Shown here in pieces: positions 18,386 to 25,606 of a DNA stretch of 25,606 nucleotides (the first letter of the stretch is position 1; each line of letters opens with the position of its first letter). The position numbers were made by a program, and so were the translations under genes. The DNA is taken from IMG/VR virus record IMGVR_UViG_3300008113_000348, positions 1 through 25,606 of that record, one strand, 5' to 3'. The DNA comes from a virus (taxonomy: Duplodnaviria; Caudoviricetes). Under the pieces are notes generated by a model, which saw nothing but the letters and a program-made list of their open reading frames with translations, did not search any database and was not told the DNA's origin.

Positions 18386-18756
18386 TTTTCTAACACCATT
18401 ATAGTTTCAATTTTTGCTCGTATAAGCGAATTATTTAACGTCGTTTTAAGTCCAGTGTGTAGATTCTTTGGCAATTGATCTATATTGGCCCAGCAGATAG
18501 TCTCATCAACACCGCCAAAAAACTCGCTGTCTACTAAACAGATATATGTGCTGTATTCAAAACCCCTGTCTTCCGATAGATAAAGTTCTATAGGAATAAT
18601 TTTGCCCTGTGAATAATGATCTAACAGTTCCTGAGAATCTTCTAACACTGTGGATTTACGTGCAAACGTGGGCACAGTCCATCGTTCATCTTCTAGAATA
18701 AGAAATATTCTGTTAGTTTTTTTAGATAAGAAAAGTAATCCGGCACGTTGTTGCAT
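18382..18756 (-). CDS. Degenerate Nudix-fold protein (likely start MQQRAG at 18756)
   Basis: AGLLFLSKKTNRIFLIL...W...Y.TYICLVDSEF...CW...DQLPKNLH follows the Nudix strand layout, but there is no GX5EX7REUXEEXGU box. Start moved from 18792 to avoid overlap with gp15 and because TAAGTA lies 5 nt upstream. Confidence 0.5.
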   Translation of the reverse strand: MQQRAGLLFLSKKTNRIFLILEDERWTVPTFARKSTVLEDSQELLDHYSQGKIIPIELYLSEDRGFEYSTYICLVDSEFFGGVDETICWANIDQLPKNLHTGLKTTLNNSLIRAKIETIMVLEK

Positions 18757-18767
18757 GCTGATACTTA

Positions 18768-20351
18768 TCAAGGATTGAGATCTAATCTCCAATAACCGGC
18801 TGCGTACTCACCTTCAAACGACTTGAGCCATTGTGTACCGTCCCATCTATATTGGACTCCTGTACGTAGATTTTGGAAATATGTTGGAGAAAAATCTTCT
18901 CCGGTTAGACTAGCATCTTCTAGATCGTGATCTGCTGGATCCCAGACAGTTACCCATGCTGAACCACTCCATTCAATTATAGAATTAGCCTTAATCACAG
19001 GATCGTTGCCGTCGAGATTTTTCCATCCGTCGGGACCGTCATAGACTTGACCTAGACTAGAATCCAAAGGATGACTAGAATCCCAGTTCTGTTGATTAAT
19101 CAATCCTGTACTAGTACTGTTATTAACATCATCTAGCATCAAGAAACGAGTACCAACGACAATTGATTGGTCAGTAATTTCGCCATTAGGACGTTTTGGA
19201 TTATACTTGTATGGATCTATGATAGCATCTACAGTAGTCCACTGATTATTTGATCTGGCCGGTCCTTGTATAACAGTATTACTAGGTTTAGCATCAATAT
19301 CTAATGTCACTAACAGATATGTAGGGTCAATCTCGTTGATAACAAAAGTACCACTTATCTCATTACCGTTTGGTTGTATAAAATATATCTTACTAATACC
19401 AGGATTATATCCGCCGTAGATATCTATCACAGTGTTCCAGTCTATGCGTTCACCTTGCTTAACAGGTGGTGCTAACCCTAATGAAGTTATGACTTCTGAT
19501 TGACGAGTCACTGATAGATCATAATCTCGATCTTGATTGTTATTGCTCTTAAGCAATAAGACTCCAAACTGTCCAGAAGTGACTCGTATCTGTGCATCGC
19601 CTGTTTCTTGATTATAAATGATATCTTCAAGGCTCATAATATCACCGGAGTCAGTGAATACATTCATGATCATACTGCGTATAACGCCTAGTTTCTTAAC
19701 TTTGGCAGGCGGTGTAATATAGATAGGAATAATAAATTCCATGGTAGCAATATCTATATTGGTATCTGCACCTTGCGGAATAGTTCTAGAACTGAAATTG
19801 ATTGTCTTTAAATCTACTACGCTGATACTGGTCCAGTCGATATAATTGTCTGTGGTTTGAATTTCTAAACTAGGATTGAACAACATCAATATCTGTTCTA
19901 GTATCTGTAGTTTTTGATCAGTGTTAGATGTCCAAAGTTCTGCCTTCATAGTTAATTTAAACGGAGTTGGCATTAAACGTTCTACAGTGTAACCACCACC
20001 TTGATAATTTTCATAGATCGGAGTACCACGCAATCTTGCATCCGGGTGATCATCAGGATAAAAATCTTCAAAGGCTCTTTCGCGTATTTGTAATTTGCTG
20101 ACAAAACTAGCATCTGATAGTCTACTGGTATCTAATTCTAGTCCGCTAATGTAACAAGCGACCTTAGGCACAGTCTGCATTTTGTTTTCAGAATTTTCTG
20201 CTATAATAGCCGCTACCTGTCTGGTTAAATCACCGTAGGTAACAGGAATATGACGTAGGGTTCCGTCTCCGGTTTTATATTTGAAACCGATAAAGATTCT
20301 CATGAATTGAGTTACATATCGGCGTATCTGCCCGTCGTAGAAAAAGTCCAT
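18768..20351 (-). CDS. gp15: Tail sheath stabiliser / tail terminator (T4 gp15-like) with long C-terminal extension
   Basis: N-terminus FFYDGQIRRYVTQFMRIF...IPVTYG, PTPFKLTMKAELW, KLQILEQILMLFNPS, ending ...IYITPP as in gp15-family proteins. Confidence 0.8.
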   Translation of the reverse strand: MDFFYDGQIRRYVTQFMRIFIGFKYKTGDGTLRHIPVTYGDLTRQVAAIIAENSENKMQTVPKVACYISGLELDTSRLSDASFVSKLQIRERAFEDFYPDDHPDARLRGTPIYENYQGGGYTVERLMPTPFKLTMKAELWTSNTDQKLQILEQILMLFNPSLEIQTTDNYIDWTSISVVDLKTINFSSRTIPQGADTNIDIATMEFIIPIYITPPAKVKKLGVIRSMIMNVFTDSGDIMSLEDIIYNQETGDAQIRVTSGQFGVLLLKSNNNQDRDYDLSVTRQSEVITSLGLAPPVKQGERIDWNTVIDIYGGYNPGISKIYFIQPNGNEISGTFVINEIDPTYLLVTLDIDAKPSNTVIQGPARSNNQWTTVDAIIDPYKYNPKRPNGEITDQSIVVGTRFLMLDDVNNSTSTGLINQQNWDSSHPLDSSLGQVYDGPDGWKNLDGNDPVIKANSIIEWSGSAWVTVWDPADHDLEDASLTGEDFSPTYFQNLRTGVQYRWDGTQWLKSFEGEYAAGYWRLDLNP

Positions 20352-21619
20352 TATTCGTCTGCCTTAGGTCTAAGAGCCTTAGTAAGGCTTTGTTTTTCTT
20401 TTACAGTTTTGCCGTTTACGGTAGTTTGTTTATTGTTGTTAACAAAACTGGTTCTTTGTGTTAGTCTTACATCTTTGTCTAAGAATATATCATTGGGTGA
20501 ACCGTTGGCCACAACATCTTCATAGCCTAGATTGTTCATAGTCATCCTTGTTACATCTTCTACTTTGATCCATCGTGTTCCGCTGAAACGGAACAATCTC
20601 TTAGGATTGTAATCTGTACGCAGATGGAATTGACCAACAGTTGGTTGTAACGGAAAGGAAATACCAGACGAAAACGGAGCACCGTTCGGAGGTACACCGT
20701 CACCGTCGCCAATCATTGGGCCATTGTATTCCGGACTCTGATAGATTGTACTTGAAGTCGACCCAACATATATTGGGTCTCCGTTGTCATCTACCAACGG
20801 ATTGCCTTGAGCGTCTGTGGCCTGTGTCTGCATAGAGGCCAATAATTGTGTAGTGTCTACAGTTACTAGTTCAACTTTTCCTTCTTGATCTTTCTGCAAC
20901 ATATAATGTTGAGTAGTATCAAACCCACTCTTGGGAGCATCTAACTCGGCTTGCTCTAAAACAGCCTGCGTGATCTGCATCTCTTTTTCGTAGGTGCTCA
21001 TAAGATCGCGCAAGGTTATGTCAGAATCCTCGTCTGCTAGTCCATCTAAAATATCTTTGTATTCTTGGCTGTCAACTAGAGGCTTGCATTTAGCACGATA
21101 TAAGTGCGGATACCACGTGACTGAAAAACCTTCGGCTGCTCTGGTAACTTCTTCTATGACATAAAATCTTTTCAATGCGAATTGAAGATCATTAAGTGCA
21201 TATTCATCTTTGAGATGTGGTAATTCTATAACATCTCCTGAGATTAATTTTCTACCTATCTTTTCTACAGTATCTCGAATGTGAAAAGTTATGAATATTG
21301 TATCATTCTGTAAAAATAAACCAAACTGACTGAGATTAAAATCTGTATCTTGTATGTTATATGCGCCACGAAGTATATAAACATCGGGATCGTATTTTCT
21401 ATCACGATTTTCTAAAAACAATAAATCTTGTATTTGTGTTACATCCGTGGTTGCATAACTAGGAGTTGACGGTGTGTCACCCTGCACAGATGCTCCTGGT
21501 CCTAGGTACTTGTGTAGAAGCACGTCAGTGCCGCCCACCTGAAACATTTCCCAGACAGTTTTATCTATGAATTTAAAGTCGTTGCCCTTTTCTGGGCGAT
21601 ACAGCGAAAGTCTTGGCAT
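20351..21619 (-). CDS. gp14: Neck / head-completion protein (T4 gp14-like); likely start MPRLSLY at 21619
   Basis: D.LFLENRDRKY, LSQFGLFLQND.IFITFH, GDVIELPHL...YVIEEV...YRAKC pattern. TAATG overlap with gp15. The longer start at 21679 overlaps the divergent gene. Confidence 0.6.
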   Translation of the reverse strand: MPRLSLYRPEKGNDFKFIDKTVWEMFQVGGTDVLLHKYLGPGASVQGDTPSTPSYATTDVTQIQDLLFLENRDRKYDPDVYILRGAYNIQDTDFNLSQFGLFLQNDTIFITFHIRDTVEKIGRKLISGDVIELPHLKDEYALNDLQFALKRFYVIEEVTRAAEGFSVTWYPHLYRAKCKPLVDSQEYKDILDGLADEDSDITLRDLMSTYEKEMQITQAVLEQAELDAPKSGFDTTQHYMLQKDQEGKVELVTVDTTQLLASMQTQATDAQGNPLVDDNGDPIYVGSTSSTIYQSPEYNGPMIGDGDGVPPNGAPFSSGISFPLQPTVGQFHLRTDYNPKRLFRFSGTRWIKVEDVTRMTMNNLGYEDVVANGSPNDIFLDKDVRLTQRTSFVNNNKQTTVNGKTVKEKQSLTKALRPKADE

Positions 21620-21626
21620 AGTAGTA

Positions 21627-21647
21627 TATTTACCGCTACGATAAATA
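21627..21647. promoter_or_regulatory. Back-to-back late promoters (TAAATA on both strands)
   Basis: TATTTA at 21627-21632 (TAAATA on -, 7 nt before ATG 21619) and TAAATA at 21642-21647 (+, 5 nt before ATG 21653). Confidence 0.7.
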
Positions 21648-21652
21648 CTGTT

Positions 21653-22411
21653 ATGAGCAATATAGATCAAGCCCGCCAATCCGTATATGACTATTGTAAA
21701 ACCATGCTGGGCGATGGTATGATAGACATAGAATTAGATCCTGTACACTATGAAACTGCATTGAATAGATCTTTAGGAGTTTTTCGCCAAAGATCTGATA
21801 ATGCTGTGGAAGAAAGTTACGCTTTTTTAACTTTAACGCAGGATCAAAACGACTATATTTTACCTAAAGAAATACAACAGGTCAGACAGATCTATAGACG
21901 CAGTATTGGCTCTCGAACTGGCACAGGATCTGGAGGCACAGTATTCGAGCCGTTTAACTTGGCCTACTCTAACACCTATCTATTAAGTTCAACTAACATG
22001 GGCGGATTATTGACCTATGAACTATTTGCACAGTATCAAGAACTGGTAGGCAAAATGTTTGGCTCATTCATTAACTTCAGTTTCAATCCTCAAACTAGAA
22101 AACTTACAATTTTTCAAAGACCCCGAGGTGAGGAAGAAGTCATGCTTTGGGTTTATAATCAACGCCCAGACTTTGCTATCATTGAAGATACCTATGCAGG
22201 ACAATGGATCAAAGATTATAGTCTAGCAAACTGCAAAATGATGCTGGGTCAGGCACGTGAAAAGTTTGCCAGTATCGCAGGACCCACAGGCGGCTCAAGT
22301 CTAAACGGTGCAGCAATGAAATCAGAAGCCACTACTGATTTGGAAAGATTAACCAAAGAATTGGAAACTCTAGTTTCTGGTGGTCACGGATATACTTGGA
22401 TAACCGGTTGA
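21653..22411 (+). CDS. gp13: Neck protein / head-tail adaptor (T4 gp13-like)
   Basis: YCKTMLGDGMIDIELD, Y.LP.E...V, WIKDYSLANCKMMLGQAREKF...GP.GG..LNG motif of the gp13 family. Confidence 0.85.
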   Translation: MSNIDQARQSVYDYCKTMLGDGMIDIELDPVHYETALNRSLGVFRQRSDNAVEESYAFLTLTQDQNDYILPKEIQQVRQIYRRSIGSRTGTGSGGTVFEPFNLAYSNTYLLSSTNMGGLLTYELFAQYQELVGKMFGSFINFSFNPQTRKLTIFQRPRGEEEVMLWVYNQRPDFAIIEDTYAGQWIKDYSLANCKMMLGQAREKFASIAGPTGGSSLNGAAMKSEATTDLERLTKELETLVSGGHGYTWITG

Positions 22412-22437
22412 CATAATCTAAAACTATTTGTTATAAT
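22408..22437 (+). promoter_or_regulatory. Consensus sigma70 promoter for dNMP kinase
   Basis: TTGACA (22408-22413), 18-bp spacer, TGn-extended TATAAT (22432-22437); GGAGG RBS before ATG 22458. Confidence 0.8.
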
Positions 22438-22457
22438 ATCTTTAATCGGAGGATATT

Positions 22458-23111
22458 ATGATCATAGGTATTTGCGGTTTCATCGGCAGCGGCAAGGACA
22501 CAGTCGCTGACTATCTTGTAAACTTTCACGAATTTAGACGCGAGTCATTTGCCAGTACTCTCAAAGATGCTGTAAGCGCAGTGTTTGGTTGGGACCGTAC
22601 ATTGTTAGAAGGTCGAACCAAGGAAGCCCGAGAGTGGCGAGAGCAAGTAGATCCGTGGTGGGCAGAACGATTAGATATGCCTACACTTACACCACGTTGG
22701 GTACTACAGTATTGGGGTACCGAAGTCTGCCGCAAAGCCTTCCATGATGACATCTGGATCGCTTCACTAGAAAATAAACTCCGCAATAGCAAAGACCATG
22801 TAGTCATCTCAGACTGTCGTTTCCCAAACGAAATTTCTAGTATTCGAAATGCCGGTGGCAAAATTATCTGGGTACAGCGAGGTGAATTGCCTGACTGGTA
22901 TGACACGGCAGTCAACGCAAACGAAGGACATAACTATGCTGTGCAAGAATTAAAGATGCGTAAGATTCATGCCAGTGAAACAGCGTGGGTTGGCACAGAC
23001 TTTGATCATATCATTGAAAATGATGCTGACATTTCTGATCTCTATACTAAGATTGCTTCAATAATCAGCGATGAGGTCTCCTTGGCGCCAAGTAATGCCC
23101 TCCTTGCCTAG
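22458..23111 (+). CDS. Deoxynucleoside monophosphate kinase (T4 gp1-like)
   Basis: P-loop IIGICGFIGSGKDT, SFASTLKD, TPRWVLQYWGTE, VISDCRFPNE, HASE. Confidence 0.92.
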   Translation: MIIGICGFIGSGKDTVADYLVNFHEFRRESFASTLKDAVSAVFGWDRTLLEGRTKEAREWREQVDPWWAERLDMPTLTPRWVLQYWGTEVCRKAFHDDIWIASLENKLRNSKDHVVISDCRFPNEISSIRNAGGKIIWVQRGELPDWYDTAVNANEGHNYAVQELKMRKIHASETAWVGTDFDHIIENDADISDLYTKIASIISDEVSLAPSNALLA

Positions 23112-23396
23112 AGTTTGAGCGCAGTTAGCACATACAGTTTTTAAGTTACTGGTTCTGCAGTTATCGAGGTTTCCGTCTACATGAAACACACGGAATACCT
23201 CTTTGTGCGGACTGCGGAATCCGCATTTATCGCAGGTATTTTTCATCCTATAACCTGACCTATACCATCTAGGTATGCCATGATACTCGCCATGGGTTAA
23301 ACAGGCTTCGCAGTGACTACGATAATAGATTCTATTACCTTTTTTATAGTTTACGGCTTTGGGTCTTAGGTTACATTTAGCGCAAAGTGGTCTCAT
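23058..23396 (-). CDS. Small Zn-finger / HNH-like protein (likely start MRPLCAKC at 23396)
   Basis: Four CxxC pairs (CAKC, CEAC, CDKC, CANC); FHVDGNLDNC...NLKTVCANC is HNH-like; TAAATA lies 5 nt upstream of the ATG at 23396. Confidence 0.7.
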   Translation of the reverse strand: MRPLCAKCNLRPKAVNYKKGNRIYYRSHCEACLTHGEYHGIPRWYRSGYRMKNTCDKCGFRSPHKEVFRVFHVDGNLDNCRTSNLKTVCANCAQTLGKEGITWRQGDLIADY

Positions 23397-23401
23397 AAAA
23401 A

Positions 23402-23470
23402 TATTTACACCTTTTTTACCCCTTTCTAAGTAGGGCATAGACAGCCGTTTTTGGCAATAGCCGCTAAATA
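23402..23470. promoter_or_regulatory. Divergent late promoters (TAAATA on - at 23402-23407; on + at 23465-23470)
   Basis: TAAATA motifs facing the HNH-like gene and the tail sheath gene; AGGAG RBS before 23502. Confidence 0.65.
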
Positions 23471-23501
23471 ATATGAGCAACTATTACCAGGAGATTAGGG
23501 A

Positions 23502-25606
23502 ATGGCACTAACATCACCAGGCGTACAAGTTACGGTAATTGACGAGAGTTTTTATACACCAGCAGAACCTGGTACTACTCCTCTTATTGTAATCGCTACA
23601 GCACAGGATAAATCAAATGCAGCAGGCACTGGCACTGCTGTAGGCACTACAGCCTCGAATGTCAATAAAGCATTCAAGATCACTAGCCAGAGAGAACTCG
23701 TAGACACCTTTGGCGTTCCATTTTTTGAACAGACTGCATCAGCAAGTCCTGTACATGGTGGAGAAAGAAACGAATACGGTCTACTAGCGGCGTACAGTTA
23801 CCTTGGGGTAAGTAATGCAGCATTTATAGTTCGTGCAGACGTTGATCTAGCAGAACTAGCAGGACAAACATCCGCCCCGGGAGCAGAGCCAGCAAATGGC
23901 AAATGGTGGTTAGATACACTGTCAACTTCTTGGGGTATCCAAGAATGGAATGGCGCTGCATCAACTGTAGTTGGCGGCCAAAAATTTGCCAACAAAGTCC
24001 CATTAGTATTAACTGATGAAGATTTCAGCAAGTTAGAAGGTGATCCTTTTAATCCTTTACCTTCAGTAGGTTCTGTAGGAGATTACGCGATAGTAGCACA
24101 GACTATCGGCGCTGACTCCCCAGTAGAAACCAAAGAAAATATCAAATTATGGTATAAGAGTGCAGGTAATGGTGGTGCAGGTGATCAAGGCGTTACAGTA
24201 GGTACTTGGGTACTAGTTGGATCGCCAGAATGGAAGGCCAGCCACCCTGCGGTTCAAGGAACTACAGCAGTAGCAAGTCCTGTATCACATGGTGATTTAG
24301 TTCTTAATGGTACTCCAATTACGTCAGGAAGCAGGTCAGCCGCTACATTGGCTACTGCAATTAACGGTCTAGCACCAGTTGGTATTTCTGCACAAGCAGT
24401 CAACAACAGATTGTATATCTATTCGGACGGTACTTCGGTATCAGACGGTAGCACAACATCAGTAGACGGAGCATTAACTTTAGAAGGTAATTGGACACCA
24501 TTCGGTATCGCCGCAGGTACATATTACTCACCTAAACTACAACAAACTCCTCACACACAAGTTCCTGCATTTAAGTCAACAGACGGTGCACCAAGACCAA
24601 CAGGATCAGTTTGGATCAAGACAACAACTCCAAATAGTGGTTCTAGATGGGTGATCAAGCGTTGGAACAGCGCGACTCAATTATGGGTAAGTTATTCTGC
24701 TCCTTTATATGCAACTACTAATTCTGCATTATACGGTTTAGATCGTAGCGGTGGTGGTATCAATATTGACCAAGAAGAAATTTTTGTACAAACCAATGCT
24801 ACTGAAAGCAGCGGCAACGACAGCACTCCAGAAACATCAGAATTTAGAATTTGGAGACGTGGCGGCCAAGGTGCTACAACTATTGAATCTATGCAGAAGG
24901 TGATGCACAGGCATTTGCGGCAGCAATTAACGCGGCAAACTTTGGATTTGATAATACTGATCCATCTAGTCCTATTGCTTACACAAATTACATCACTGCA
25001 GAAGTTACAGCAACTAACACAGTAATAGTAAGACACACAGCCGGCGGTGACATCAGATTCACAGACGGCACTGGAACTCCTATTGTTTCAGCATTTGGAA
25101 CTGGTTACAGTCTTGAAGATCAAGACGGTACAGTTAACTTTTATGCATCAGACAACGGAACAGAGTATATCGCAACTTTGTGGAAACCTTTGGCTACAGA
25201 AAATTTTGCAGCACAAGGAGATCAACCTCTAGCAGAAGCAGATGACGGACAATTATGGTATAATCCTAATTTCTCTGAAGTTGATATCATGGTACACAAT
25301 GGTACAACATGGGTTGGCTATAAGAATACATATTCCTTATATACAGGAACAGATCCAGAAGGTGCTATTGTAAGCGCCAGCGAACCAACATCGCAAAGCG
25401 ACGGTACAGCATTGGTAGATAACGATCTGTGGATTAGTACAGCAGATCTTGAAAACTATCCTGCTATCTACAGATATACAAATGCAGGAACAACTTCTGC
25501 AGCATGGACATTGATCGATAAAACTGATCAAACCACAGAAGATGGTATCCTGTTTGCAGATGCTCGTTGGAATACTGATGGCGGATCAGGTGATGCAACT
25601 ATCATT
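23502..25606 (+). CDS. gp18: Tail sheath protein (T4 gp18-like), frame-disrupted at ~24887-24892 and 3' truncated by the window
   Basis: MALTSPGVQVTVIDES...ITSQRELVDTFGVP...YGLLAAYSYL...VRAD sheath N-terminus. After GATTIES a different frame (24893-25606) is open with like composition (AEGDAQAFAAAINAA...DGQLWYN...DLWIST...GILFADARW). Confidence 0.85.

Noticed and set aside
21620-21679. Extended N-termini from the ORF track (starts at 21679, 23480 and 18792)
   Set aside because: They overlap neighbouring genes or promoter regions; downstream ATGs with TAA[AG]TA motifs fit better.
24891-25232. C-terminal MQKVMHRHL... tail of the 507-aa ORF and the 25047-25232 ORF as real proteins
   Set aside because: Both are out-of-frame readings of the continuing sheath sequence, which is open in another frame from 24893 to the end.
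1-25606. Stop-codon reassignment
   Set aside because: Genes are full length and tightly packed under the standard code; the sheath break is a frame change, not an in-frame stop.
1-25606. tRNA, rRNA, CRISPR array, integrase or transposase
   Set aside because: Intergenic gaps are about 105 bp or less, and I saw no cloverleaf, spacer-repeat structure or recombinase motif.

Overview
This window is a segment of a large T4-like (myovirus) phage genome covering the virion morphogenesis region. It uses the standard genetic code and is densely coding. The + strand (1-18108) carries a giant beta-propeller virion protein that is open at the left edge, two small fibre/adaptor proteins, three tandem paralogous Cys/Gly-rich proteins (~10% Cys), a 214-aa partner, a GT9-like glycosyltransferase, a NodU/CmcH-family carbamoyltransferase, two small virion-type proteins and a 2153-aa mosaic structural protein. 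A - strand block follows (gp14-like neck, gp15-like tail terminator, degenerate Nudix, helical ORF), transcribed divergently from gp13-like neck, dNMP kinase and tail sheath, with a small HNH-like gene on the - strand. The sheath gene is broken by a frame switch at ~24890 and runs off the right edge. The best candidate for an undescribed system is the Cys-rich trio plus atypical GT9 plus carbamoyltransferase, a putative virion-protein glycosylation/carbamoylation module. It is bracketed by two hairpins that each contain a promoter. Several TAAATA late-type motifs sit 5-7 nt before ATG, suggesting leaderless late mRNAs. All family calls come from motifs recognised by eye; no searches were run.
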